64,000 nucleotides of DNA from Chloroflexota bacterium (GCA_965221905.1 OZ244922.1:768001-832000), one strand, 5' to 3'. Shown: positions 28,377-38,359, counted from the first letter of the stretch. Program-made: numbers and translations. The notes: generated from the sequence alone by a model not told the origin.

Positions 28377-29780
28377 TTACTGTTCCCTAAGCATCTGCCC
28401 CACGGCGCAGGTGTCGCAGCGCTTCTCGCGGCACCAGGTATGGTAGACGTGGAGCAGCCCCTGCTGGCGCGCGGCCGTCATGGGCACGAATTTTGGCGGC
28501 AGGCCGAATACGTCGTCGCGCATGCTTCGGATGAGGCGGTTCGCGCCGCCCGCCGGCGCGTGACGCAAGCAGGCGATGGCCCAGTCGGAAACGCTGGAGT
28601 CGCCGGTATGCTCACCAAGAGCGAACATGAACGGCAGCATGACATTTATAAGAATTTCCCTGGCGCGCTCCGTGCCAATCAGGCTCTGTGGCGCGCCGCG
28701 CAACGGCACCCCAAAGTCACAATGCGTGGCCCAATAACGTGAGCTCGACGCCGGTAGTGCGAACGCATTGGTAATCCGATGGAGCAATTGCGGCCACGGC
28801 GGGCCGTCGCGGAGGTTCAGGCACGCTTGTACCGGACCGGTCTCGGCCAGCCGCGCGCAGAGGTGTCCCGCCGCTGCCACGCGCCGCGCAGGGGCGTTCG
28901 TGGGGCGCACGCCGCCGCGCACCCAGGCTGTGGCTGGCAGCGCCGGTTCCAATTGGTAGTTCCCCCACAGGCTTTCAAGCTCCTGCATATGCGCATGGTC
29001 GGCGGCGGTAGGGGCACGGCATGCCGTGCCCTTGCGCGGGGAAGTGCCGCGTTGGGAGGGCAGGAGGCCGGCTGCGCCGAGGAAGAGCGCCTCGCCGCGC
29101 AGAGCCGCATTGGCCTTGCCGCGCAGGATCGCCTCAACTACCGGCCACGGCAAGCCCGCACTGAGCCGGCGGAAGGGCTCGCGGTTCTGGCTGTAGCCGA
29201 GGGCATCGAGCAGGGCGGCATAGAGCGCCTGCTCCGGCCCAATTTGTTCGATGGCGGCCAACATCTGCGCCGCTTTCTTGCGCACGCGGCGTTCGCCCAA
29301 CGTTGCGAAGAGCATGCCGACGGTCATGGCGTCGCTCTTGGTGTGGAGGTCGGAGCAGGGCTGAAACGACGGGAGTCGTTGCGCCGCATACTGCTCCGGC
29401 ATACCGTCAGGAAAGTACGGCGACAGCGCCAGCGTGCGCAGCGGTCCGCCGCCAATCAACCCGTCGTCTTCCCACACCACGTGGAGCATGACGTTGTGGT
29501 ACGCCGGATCCGCCGCGTGTCCGTGCGCCCGCCAGGCGGAAGCGTTCGTATGGACTTCCACGTGGCCATGCCGCAACCTGCGGCCGTCCAAGGCCATGAT
29601 GGCGTCAAGGAAGTCGGGCCCCGGACCAAGATTGCGCCGTCCCGGATAGACGACCTGGATCCGCTCACCGGCCGTAGTTGGGAGAAGCTTGGCGCCCCAG
29701 GGGCACGCCTGCCACAGTTGCGCGACGACCTCTTCGCGTAGCGTTTGCGCCGAGGCAGCAGTGGGTGCGGAAGTAAGCAT
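28377..29780 (-). CDS. DUF2851 family protein
   Basis: YPG..N.GPDF.DA, GHVEVH, W.AHGH..DPAY.NV.LHVV, LGYSQN, IL.INV.LP, QQGLL, C-terminal C..KRC..C. Confidence 0.82.
   Translation of the reverse strand: MLTSAPTAASAQTLREEVVAQLWQACPWGAKLLPTTAGERIQVVYPGRRNLGPGPDFLDAIMALDGRRLRHGHVEVHTNASAWRAHGHAADPAYHNVMLHVVWEDDGLIGGGPLRTLALSPYFPDGMPEQYAAQRLPSFQPCSDLHTKSDAMTVGMLFATLGERRVRKKAAQMLAAIEQIGPEQALYAALLDALGYSQNREPFRRLSAGLPWPVVEAILRGKANAALRGEALFLGAAGLLPSQRGTSPRKGTACRAPTAADHAHMQELESLWGNYQLEPALPATAWVRGGVRPTNAPARRVAAAGHLCARLAETGPVQACLNLRDGPPWPQLLHRITNAFALPASSSRYWATHCDFGVPLRGAPQSLIGTERAREILINVMLPFMFALGEHTGDSSVSDWAIACLRHAPAGGANRLIRSMRDDVFGLPPKFVPMTAARQQGLLHVYHTWCREKRCDTCAVGQMLREQ
29008..29035. repeat. REP family A variant embedded in-frame in the DUF2851 CDS
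   Basis: GTAGGGGCACGGCATGCCGTGCCCTTGC; compensatory A-T to G-C pair relative to the intergenic copies. Confidence 0.8.
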
Positions 29781-29998
29781 AGAGAAGAAAAGTAAGCGCG
29801 GCAAGCCATTCGTGCTAGCACAACTATACCATGGATTGTGACACAGCCCGGCTTGGCAGTCTAGCAGGACGCGAAAACCTAGCGAGACCGGGCCGACATT
29901 GTGAGGCCGCGCGGCAGGCTCTGCGACACCAAATATGGGAGTGACGGGGCAGCTACGCAATCTGTAAGAGTGAGCCTTAGTTGCGACCCCGCTAAAAT

Positions 29999-30034
29999 AA
30001 GACGCACGCGTGGGTTTTCCCACGCGTGCGTCTT
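29999..30034 (-). terminator. Intrinsic terminator after the SBP gene
   Basis: Perfect 16-bp stem AAGACGCACGCGTGGG-TTTT-CCCACGCGTGCGTCTT with a T-rich tail on the minus strand. Confidence 0.85.
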
Positions 30035-30057
30035 TCGCCATATGCGTCGCTATCGGG

Positions 30058-31455
30058 CTAGAAATCTACGACAGAGTTCTCCAACGCCTCGTCCAGCGCC
30101 TGCTGCACCTGCGTGTTGCCGTCGGCGAGCGCTTCCGGCACGGTCTTCTCGCGGTTCCAAATCGAGCTGGCCATACGCACGTGAATGCCGATGATGGCGC
30201 GTCCGCCCGGGGCGCTGACCACCCACTGGGCACCATCCATCTCGCGCGCGCCCTGGATGCGCAACGGGTCGCCCTGGGTAAATTCCGGGCTGGTAGCGAC
30301 CGACCGGCGGGCCGGCAAGCTATCGCGCACGTCGTTGAAGCGGCGGTCATTGGGCTCCAGGAAGAGCCACTCGAGGAACTTGAACGCCCCGTCCGGGTTG
30401 TTGGAGCCTTCGGGCATGATGTGCGCGCCGCCGCCGCGATAGGCCGCGGGCGAGCCGCCTTCCGCCACCGGATACGTATCCACGCCAATGTTGATCTTCG
30501 CGAAGTTCTCCTCATACGCCTCGAAGCGGGTGATGTTCATCACGTCGGTCCACATGGCGCAACGGCCGGTGGAGAAGAGGTGTTGATGCCGCTCGTCGCC
30601 CCTGAACTCATTCATGGCGTCCAGGCCGCCCTGCAGGTCGAAGAAGCGCAACGTCAAGTCGAACGCGGTAACCATCGTCTCGTTGTCGATGGTGGACGTC
30701 AACTCATCATCGCTGAGCAGGCGGCCGCCCTGCTGCCAGAAGGGCACCAGCCACCAGACCAGCGAGCTGTTGCCGTACCAGAATCCGAGACGCTGGGTAA
30801 TGTCGCCTTCTTTCTTGAGCGTGCGCTGGATTGCCGCGTCGAGCTCGTCCCAATTCGACGGCCCACTATCCGGATCGAGACCCACTTCTACAAAGACGTC
30901 TTTGTTGTAGAAGTAGGTAAAGACGGTGGGCGCCCAGGGCAGCCCGAACCAGTGGCCGCGGTAGGTCGAGTCGTAGACGACGCGCGGATAGTAGTCATCT
31001 GCGTCGATCACCGTCGAGGCCTTGACATAATTCGTGATGTCGGCGGCGATGCCGCGAACCCCAAAGTCCTTCGGCAAGTACGCGTCGATATATGAAATAT
31101 CCGGCGGAATGCCGCCAGCGACCACCGTGGGCAGCTTGTTGATGGTGTCGCCATAGGTGGTGACGATCACGTTGACCTTCTCGCCGGGGTTGGCCTCGTG
31201 GAACTCGTTGACGATTTCCTCGCCGATGCCCTGCACCCAGTTACTGCCGCCTATGTCGATGGCCCAGAAGTTCACGGGCAACATCTCTTCCATCGGCATT
31301 TCTTCCGCCTTCATGTCGTCGGACTCGGGCGCGTCCGCCGGGGCCGTCATGCCGGCCTCACCGCACGCAGCGAAGAGTAGCGTAGCACCGACCGCTGCGC
31401 CACTGCCTGCTAACATGCGACGACGCGTTGTCTGCAATGCGATATGATTCTCCAT
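30058..31455 (-). CDS. ABC sugar-type solute-binding Tat lipoprotein
   Basis: TRRRML, FAACG lipobox, PPD, GLPW, YNKD, AFKFLEW; AGGAGG SD. Confidence 0.9.
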   Translation of the reverse strand: MENHIALQTTRRRMLAGSGAAVGATLLFAACGEAGMTAPADAPESDDMKAEEMPMEEMLPVNFWAIDIGGSNWVQGIGEEIVNEFHEANPGEKVNVIVTTYGDTINKLPTVVAGGIPPDISYIDAYLPKDFGVRGIAADITNYVKASTVIDADDYYPRVVYDSTYRGHWFGLPWAPTVFTYFYNKDVFVEVGLDPDSGPSNWDELDAAIQRTLKKEGDITQRLGFWYGNSSLVWWLVPFWQQGGRLLSDDELTSTIDNETMVTAFDLTLRFFDLQGGLDAMNEFRGDERHQHLFSTGRCAMWTDVMNITRFEAYEENFAKINIGVDTYPVAEGGSPAAYRGGGAHIMPEGSNNPDGAFKFLEWLFLEPNDRRFNDVRDSLPARRSVATSPEFTQGDPLRIQGAREMDGAQWVVSAPGGRAIIGIHVRMASSIWNREKTVPEALADGNTQVQQALDEALENSVVDF

Positions 31456-31601
31456 CTGTAGCGAAACCTCCTGCCAAGTAGGCATTATTTCGAACGCAGA
31501 CACTGCCTTGTGAGATGACGGGCCACCAGTCGACCGTACCTGTTGCCATCTCCACCAGGAGACTAAAGCATGCGCTGTAGCTCCTAGACGGCTTGAACGA
31601 A

Positions 31602-31631
31602 ATTGTAGCGTTATTAACGACGTGGTGTCAA
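31602..31631 (-). promoter_or_regulatory. Sigma70-type promoter with a spacer palindrome
   Basis: Minus strand TTGACA-18 nt-TACAAT; CGTTATTAACG (31609-31619) in the spacer. Confidence 0.7.
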
Positions 31632-31699
31632 GGGTATGGACACTGCGATATCCTTTCGAAGCAGCGATTTCTCATCGTACGGCAATGAATGAGAGGCGT

Positions 31700-33301
31700 T
31701 TACGTGGCCTGCTGGAGCGCCGCAATTTCACTCTCAGTGAGCGCGCGCCCGTACACGCGCACGTCGGCCATGCTGCCGTTGAAGTGGTCGTGCTGCCCGA
31801 GGCCGATGCGGAGCGGCCGATCATTCGTGAGGTCGCCGGGAAAGTGCGTCTCGCAGGCGGACTCCGCCACCTGGATCCCGTCTACGTAGAGCCTGAGTTT
31901 GTTCGATTTCCGGACAGCGGCCACGTGCCGCCAGCCGGGGGCAAGGGCGTGGTCGTACGTGGCGTTGGCACCGGCGTCCAGCGCGTAGACACGGCCCGAC
32001 GGCAGCGTGCCGCCGAAGAGCTTACCCTCAAAAACTGCCATCGACCACACCCGCCGGTATTTTACGTCCGGCGTGGTGTCCAATTGTCCCGTATTGGTCC
32101 AGGCGGTGCCGCCCTCGTAGCGATAGACGTTTGCCAGGGGCAGCGTCCCCGCGTAGAGCTTGCCGTTGTAAACCGCCATTGCCATCACTTCCTTCTCTTC
32201 TTCCAGGCGGCCCATGCTCTCCCAGGTCTCTTTGCCGTCCCAACGGAAGACGGTGCCGTTGGGCCAGGTGCCGACGTAGAGTTCGCCCTGATAGGCGGCG
32301 AACGAGTATACCTGGGTGACTCCTTCTTGGAAGCCGCAGGGCGTCCACTGGGTGCCGCCGTCGTAACGAAAGACGCCGCCGCCTTCATTGCCCGCGCCGT
32401 AGAGATGTCCCTTGAAGACGGTGATTGACATCATGCGGCGTCCGGGCGTGCCGCAGTACTCCCATTCCTGCCTGCCGGCATAGCGGAAGACGCCTTGGCT
32501 GTACAGCGGAATGGCGTAGAGTTCGCCGTTGTACACGGCCATACCGGCGATGGAGTCGGCGCCTTCCAGACGGCCGCAGTCTTCCCAGGTTGCATCTCCC
32601 GTGTAGCGGTAGATGGCGCCGCCGGGATGCTTATTTGGCGAATCTTCCAGCGCGGAGCCACCGGCCTTATAGCGGGAGACACCGGCGTAGAGTTCGCCCT
32701 TGTAGACTGCCAACGACGCGACCGTGTTACACGGGTCGGGACTGCCGCAGTCTTCCCACGTTTGGCCGCCCGCGTAACGGTACATGTGACCGGATTCGTC
32801 CGCACCCCATTCGAACGTTCCCGTATAGAGGTCGCCGTTGTAGACGGCCAGGGAGTAGACGCGCAGGTTATTTCCCGGCCGGCCGCAGTCGGCCCATGAC
32901 GGCTCTTGCAGGCCGTCGTCGATGCCGAAGTGCAGATTGCGGTGGTGTGCCTGCGCGGCGGTGACTCCGGCGTAATTCAAGGTACCGAAGTTCAGGCCGG
33001 TGCGGGTTGCGGGATCGAACTTGCTGAGGATGTCGCCGTGTAGGTTGGCGCCGTCGGGCGGCAGTTCCACCCAGGCGGAGAGCGTGAAGTCGCCGCTGCC
33101 GAGTGCCAGCGCATCGCTGGCACTCGGCACGGTTACGCAGGCAGTCCGCCCGTCAAATCCGGCTGCTCCGCCGGACGTGCCGTCGCGGCCTGCAGCCGAG
33201 AGGTCGGCACCATGGTTCACGCCGTGATTGTCGTTGCCGGAAGAGTCCCGGCAATCGCCGTTGAATTTCCAATGTGCCAATAGATCGGAGTTGATGCTCA
33301 T
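31700..33301 (-). CDS. LamG-like jelly-roll protein with an inserted seven-repeat beta-propeller
   Basis: LAHWKF..DSSGN..G and FTLSAWV at the N-terminus; WRHVAAV..LYVDG, F.GSMADVRVY.RALT at the C-terminus; seven AV(Y/F).G.L(Y/F) repeats between. Confidence 0.8.
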   Translation of the reverse strand: MSINSDLLAHWKFNGDCRDSSGNDNHGVNHGADLSAAGRDGTSGGAAGFDGRTACVTVPSASDALALGSGDFTLSAWVELPPDGANLHGDILSKFDPATRTGLNFGTLNYAGVTAAQAHHRNLHFGIDDGLQEPSWADCGRPGNNLRVYSLAVYNGDLYTGTFEWGADESGHMYRYAGGQTWEDCGSPDPCNTVASLAVYKGELYAGVSRYKAGGSALEDSPNKHPGGAIYRYTGDATWEDCGRLEGADSIAGMAVYNGELYAIPLYSQGVFRYAGRQEWEYCGTPGRRMMSITVFKGHLYGAGNEGGGVFRYDGGTQWTPCGFQEGVTQVYSFAAYQGELYVGTWPNGTVFRWDGKETWESMGRLEEEKEVMAMAVYNGKLYAGTLPLANVYRYEGGTAWTNTGQLDTTPDVKYRRVWSMAVFEGKLFGGTLPSGRVYALDAGANATYDHALAPGWRHVAAVRKSNKLRLYVDGIQVAESACETHFPGDLTNDRPLRIGLGQHDHFNGSMADVRVYGRALTESEIAALQQAT

Positions 33302-33462
33302 ACAATGGACTCCATCCTGTGTTTGCTTGGCGTAACCTTAGCTTTGCTTAGGTCTCTCGTAGAAGGAGCGAGCGAGGCACTCTTCCCTCCGCCCCATTGT
33401 ATTCCATCCTGGGTGCCAGCAGGCGGGCAGGATCTCTTACGCTGCCAGCCACTGTGGCCCAC

Positions 33463-34041
33463 TCATTTCAAACCAAACCTCTGCAACCGTGTCCACCGCC
33501 GCGCCCACGCCAGCGCTACGCTGGAACCCACAGCCATGGTGCCGGCAAGCAGGTTGAACAGGATGTCTTGGGGATCGAATACGCGGTTAGGCAGAATCGC
33601 CTGGATGCCTTCGTCGAGCACGCCCAGCGTTGCCGTCGCCAGGACGGCGAGCAGGGGTGGCAGCGGCACGCGGCGGCCTTGGCTCGCACGCTCCGTGAGC
33701 GCCTCGAAAATGAGGATGCCCACCACGCCGTACTCGATGAGGTGCGAACGCTCGGTCGGGACCGTCATGCGGGTGAACACCAGCAGGTAAGCAGTCGCGA
33801 CACCAATGGCAACGGCGACTTCCGCGCCTCCCGGCCGCACCTTCAGCGCCTGCGTGAGGATGGTCACTCCTACCAGGAACATGCAGAGGAGGAAGAGGCC
33901 GATGGAGATATCCAGCAGGCCCCGCTCCCGCAATGTTTCAGCCAGCGTTTGCGCCAAACCCAGGGTGGCATAGATCGCTACCATGACAGCCAGCACCCAC
34001 AGCCACAGGCGGCGCTCTCGACGGGACGAGAAGAGAGTCAT
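33463..34041 (-). CDS. VanZ-family membrane protein
   Basis: ERSHLIEY, G.LDE.IQ..LPNR.FD..DILFN. Confidence 0.8.
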   Translation of the reverse strand: MTLFSSRRERRLWLWVLAVMVAIYATLGLAQTLAETLRERGLLDISIGLFLLCMFLVGVTILTQALKVRPGGAEVAVAIGVATAYLLVFTRMTVPTERSHLIEYGVVGILIFEALTERASQGRRVPLPPLLAVLATATLGVLDEGIQAILPNRVFDPQDILFNLLAGTMAVGSSVALAWARRWTRLQRFGLK

Positions 34042-34577
34042 GACTGTTGGATTTCCTGGTGCAAATTAAGGAACGTGTTGAGCAGAGTCACGAGACGCTT
34101 CCAAGTGGAGACCTGGAATGACATCGTCATTCCGGCGAAAGCCGGAATCTAGGGGAGGGGTAGTGCGCGGTAACTTGCCGTACAGAGTAACCACCCCCAT
34201 CCCAACCTTCCCCCGTCAAGGGGGAAGGGGTAGCGGAGAAGTCTCCGTGTGGGGGTTGTGCCTTCCCTTGCAATGGTCAAACTACTATGGCTCGTGAAGA
34301 CTGTATCACAAGGTTGACTGGAGAGAGACGACTTCGTCGGGTGTCGCTTGGCAATGAAACTCGTGCTCAGGGTCGGCTGACAGCGTAAGTAAACGCGCTA
34401 GAGCGCCTGCACAAATAACAAGCTCTCTAGCGCATTACATCACCATATCCAGGTTTCCACCCGCTGGATTGGCATAATTGGCAAACTAGCGTGCACCGAA
34501 AATCACTTCACCCCGCCGTTCGCTGCTCGGCTTTTGCCAAGTACCACGGCCGATTGCAGTATGCCTGTGCTTGATGC

Positions 34578-35624
34578 CTACTCCAGCGGCAGCTTGACCG
34601 GTGTGCCGCCCAAAGCCGCTGACCGCTCCGCGGCGAAGATGACCTCGTCGATCTTTAAGGCGTCGTGGATATCCACTTCCGGCTTCTTGTTGTTTAGGAT
34701 GCAGTCGATGATGTGGTCCGTCTGCGGCTGGAAGGGGTGGTGCGCGACCTCGGGCGTATCCGGCATGATCGTCTCGAAGGTCGCCCAATCGGTCTGCTCG
34801 GTCATGCGCTCGCCGATGAGGGTCTCCGAATGGAACTTATTGCCCACCAACGTGCCGCGGTCGCCGTGCAGGCGGACGTTGAACGAATAGGGGTTGTTGC
34901 CCTCCAGGATGCAGCCGACCTTGCCGATGCGTCCGTCCTTGTAGCTAATGACGCTGAGCACGGTGCCTTCCCAATCGAAGGTCTTCGTGAAGTTGCCCCA
35001 ATGGCCCACCACGTGATCGACCTCGCCGGGCATGAATTGGAGCAGCGCGTCTACCGCGTGACAGCCCGCGGCCGCCAGCGCGGAACCGCCTTGCTCTCGG
35101 GTCTTCACCCAGGGGTAGCCCACGTACCACTGGGGCCAGTTGGCGCTGAAATAGTCGCACTCGCCGTAGAAGATGTTGCCGAAGGCATTGGCCTTGATGA
35201 GCTTGTGCACGATCAGGAAGTAGGGGCTCCAGTGGAGCTCGAAACCCTCGCAGGCCACCACGCCGGCTTTGTCCACTGCTGCCACGATGGTTTTCATGTC
35301 TTCCCAATTGAGCGCGGCGGGCTTCTCGATCAGCATGTGCTTGCCGGCGTCCGCCGCCGCCAGCACCTGCGACACGTGCTTCTCGTTGGTGGAGCAGATG
35401 TAGACCATGTCCAGGTTGTCCTGCTTGAGCATCTGCTCGTAATCGGTGTAGATGTGGGCGTTGGCGAGCCCGTGCTCTTCCTTGGCGTTCTCCGCGTTTT
35501 CGCGGCTGCCGCTGCAGAGACCGACCACTTCCGTGTGGGGATTCTTGACCAGGGTGTCAATGTGCTGATGCGAGACCCAGCCGATGCCGACCACACCGAC
35601 CCCAAGCTTTCCATTGTCTGTCAT
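34578..35624 (-). CDS. Gfo/Idh/MocA oxidoreductase
   Basis: GVVGIGW...H, GKHMLIEKP, GCHAVD; GGGAGG SD. Confidence 0.9.
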   Translation of the reverse strand: MTDNGKLGVGVVGIGWVSHQHIDTLVKNPHTEVVGLCSGSRENAENAKEEHGLANAHIYTDYEQMLKQDNLDMVYICSTNEKHVSQVLAAADAGKHMLIEKPAALNWEDMKTIVAAVDKAGVVACEGFELHWSPYFLIVHKLIKANAFGNIFYGECDYFSANWPQWYVGYPWVKTREQGGSALAAAGCHAVDALLQFMPGEVDHVVGHWGNFTKTFDWEGTVLSVISYKDGRIGKVGCILEGNNPYSFNVRLHGDRGTLVGNKFHSETLIGERMTEQTDWATFETIMPDTPEVAHHPFQPQTDHIIDCILNNKKPEVDIHDALKIDEVIFAAERSAALGGTPVKLPLE

Positions 35625-35813
35625 CGCGTATCCTCCCAAAGTTTCAACATACTCAAGACGAAACTTGGCTACAGTACAGCGTATTCCCGGCTGGCTGTCA
35701 AGGGAAGAAGGAAGCGGTTAGTATGCTATGCTTGGTTGTGAGAGGCCGCCGTCTGGGCGTAGCAGAGGTTGACTGCGCAGTAGTGGTCGTTAAGTGGCGA
35801 GGAGCAATGCTCA

Positions 35814-36728
35814 ATGGAATCCCGGACCGATGATGTGGCTGCCCGGCTGCTGCGCTGTCCTGTGGGATGCGTTTTCTTGCTGACTATCGAGCGGGATGAG
35901 GTTCCCATTGAGATCGCCGTCACGCCGCCTCAGGCGTTTGCGCGCGCCGCGATCGCCTTGGACACTCTCAATCCATGGTCGGCGGATTTCGAACGGACCG
36001 TTGCGGCCGCGCTTTCACGCGGCGCAGATCTGGCAAGCCTGGCGCGCGCGGTTGTGACACATCCGCAAAGCCGCTGGTGGACTGCTCCTATGGACCCAAC
36101 CCGGCAGTTACTCGTGATTGATGACACGGCGCACCCTACCTCTGCCCGCACGGTGCCGCCCGCGTCGAACGTCCGTTGGGAGTCCTACGCGCAACGCCCG
36201 GTGGGATGGCGGATTACTTCCACGCTCTGGGGCGCATATTCGTGCGTCGATACAGCAATCGCGTCGGGCGTCGGTGACTGGACCCAAGTGACTTCGCACC
36301 GCAGATTCGCTGCCGAAATTGACGAATCTGCCCGCGTCTTCGAGGTCTCCGGCCCGGCGGACTGGCACACGCTCTGCGTCTCCTTTCCTCGCGTTAATCA
36401 GCATCCTAATAGTCCAGCCGGGATCGACACGCTTTCGCCGGATTGGGGCCGTGTTGGCACGCAGTGGAACGGCGTCCACCTGACGTTCATGGGGCTCCTG
36501 ACTGCGCCTTTCGTGCGCTACAGTTCAGTGGCCGGAACCACCATGCTGTGGTCGTGGAATACGGAGGGCACACTGTGGCTGCCGGGGGATTTCGTGCGCG
36601 CGGACGCGCCGCTCGCGCCTGTGGATTGCGACGCGTGCGAATTCAGGACATCCGGGCCGCTGATGGATGAGGATTTGGGAATCCCGGAGTGGCCGCCTGT
36701 CCCCGGCGTCATCCGCTATCGCGGGTGA
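35814..36728 (+). CDS. Hypothetical protein with a DW..L...P / PDW....W.GVHLT / W.W..E.TLW motif set
   Basis: 304-aa ORF with GAGGAG SD. Confidence 0.65.
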   Translation: MESRTDDVAARLLRCPVGCVFLLTIERDEVPIEIAVTPPQAFARAAIALDTLNPWSADFERTVAAALSRGADLASLARAVVTHPQSRWWTAPMDPTRQLLVIDDTAHPTSARTVPPASNVRWESYAQRPVGWRITSTLWGAYSCVDTAIASGVGDWTQVTSHRRFAAEIDESARVFEVSGPADWHTLCVSFPRVNQHPNSPAGIDTLSPDWGRVGTQWNGVHLTFMGLLTAPFVRYSSVAGTTMLWSWNTEGTLWLPGDFVRADAPLAPVDCDACEFRTSGPLMDEDLGIPEWPPVPGVIRYRG

Positions 36729-36961
36729 TGGTCACTGTTCTCGATACGATCCGGCCGCTGTCCCAGTCGCCGTTCGGCCACACAAGAAAATGGGTGCTAA
36801 AACCGCGATACCTCCCGTTCTGGCAAGCGCCAACCGAGTTTGAACTAGCGGAATAGGAAAGGAGAAGGGCAACCACTACAGGTTGCCCTTCTCCTTTCCT
36901 GCCGCAATGCTGGGGAAAACACACCAGCTTAGCCGTTTTGCCCCACTTGCCGCATAGCCCC

Positions 36962-38359
36962 CTAGAAGTCCAGCACCGAGTTTGAGAGCGTCTCGTCGAG
37001 GACGATTTGGGTCTGCTCGTTGGTCTCGGCGATGGCTTCCTGGATGGTCTTCTCGCCCTGGTAGATCGCGCGCGGCAGCGCCACGTGCAGACCGAGGATT
37101 TCGATGCCGCCGGGAGCGGTCACCACCCAGTGCGCGCCGGCCATCTCGATGGAGGCCTGCAAGCGCAGCGGGTCGTCCTTGGTCCACTCGGGGCTGTTCG
37201 CGACGGCCTTGTGCACCGGCAGGCGGCCCTTGGCGTCGTTGAAGCGCAGCTCCTGCGGCGCGTCGTAGAGCCACTCCAGGAAGGCGAACGCGCCGTCCGG
37301 ATTGCTGGAGGCGTTCGGCATCACCTTGGAGCCGCCGCCGCCGTAGGTCGCGGGCGTGCCGCCGGGTGGAATCGGCTCCACCGCCAGGCCGTAGCTGAGC
37401 GCCGCAAAGCCCTCGCGGTAGGCGGGGAAGTTCGGGATGTCGTAGATCTCGAAGTACATCGCCAGCTTGCTGTCGATGAAGATCTGCTGCGTACGGACAT
37501 CGCCTCGGAACTCCGCGACGGCGTCGTAGCCGTCCTGCTCGTCATACATGCGCACCGTATGCTCGAACGCATTCACCATCATCTCATTGTTCATGGTGGA
37601 CGTGCTGTCGTCGGCTGACGTCAGGTCGCCGCCCTGCTGCCAGTAGGGGATCATCCAGCCGGCAAGAGAGCCGCCGCTGCCCCACAACGGCACGTAGCCG
37701 AGACGGGCAATGTTGCCGGCCTCTTTCTTGAAGGTCTTGTTGATGGCGTCGTGGAACTCATCCCACGAGGTGGGCGGACGCTCCGGGTCGAGACCCACCT
37801 CGAGCAGCGCGTCGTTGTTGTAGAACAACGTGCGCACGTCCGCCGACCACGGCAAGCCGAAATGATGGCCGCGGTAGGTGACGTCGTTGAGAATGCGCTC
37901 CCACATATCGGCAGTGTTGATGATGGACGACATCTTGACCATGTCCGTGATGTCACGGACTACGCCATTCACCGCCATGGTCTTGGGAATGTAGCGGTCC
38001 TCAAACGCCAGGTCGGGCGGCGCGCCGCCTGCTACCGCCGTCGGTAGCGTATCGCGCAGGTCTCTACCGCCCTTGGGAATGGTGGTGACGTTGTAGGCCT
38101 CGAATGATTCGTTGAACTCGGCGACGAGTTCCGCGCCGATCTCCTCGTTGAAGGAACCCCACGCCGACGTGAGCGACCAGTAAACCACCTCGGTGGCCTC
38201 CATGGGCGCTGCGGGGGCCTCTTTGGTCTCAGCCTCGGGCGCTTCATCCTTGGGCGCGTCCGCCATCGGGGCCGCAGGTTGTCCGCACGCGGCCAGCAAA
38301 GCCGCAGTGCCCGCAAAGCCGATACCGGTTCCGAGTATTCGCCGTCTTGAGGTACGCAT
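36962..38359 (-). CDS. ABC sugar-type solute-binding Tat lipoprotein, paralogue of 30058-31455
   Basis: SRRRIL, LAACG lipobox; same length (1398 nt) and similar C-terminus (NSVLDF vs NSVVDF); GAGGAGG SD. Confidence 0.9.
   Translation of the reverse strand: MRTSRRRILGTGIGFAGTAALLAACGQPAAPMADAPKDEAPEAETKEAPAAPMEATEVVYWSLTSAWGSFNEEIGAELVAEFNESFEAYNVTTIPKGGRDLRDTLPTAVAGGAPPDLAFEDRYIPKTMAVNGVVRDITDMVKMSSIINTADMWERILNDVTYRGHHFGLPWSADVRTLFYNNDALLEVGLDPERPPTSWDEFHDAINKTFKKEAGNIARLGYVPLWGSGGSLAGWMIPYWQQGGDLTSADDSTSTMNNEMMVNAFEHTVRMYDEQDGYDAVAEFRGDVRTQQIFIDSKLAMYFEIYDIPNFPAYREGFAALSYGLAVEPIPPGGTPATYGGGGSKVMPNASSNPDGAFAFLEWLYDAPQELRFNDAKGRLPVHKAVANSPEWTKDDPLRLQASIEMAGAHWVVTAPGGIEILGLHVALPRAIYQGEKTIQEAIAETNEQTQIVLDETLSNSVLDF

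Noticed and set aside
29781-30041. N-terminal extension of the DUF2851 ORF
   Set aside because: Crosses a terminator and a likely extended -10 promoter; family motifs begin after 29780
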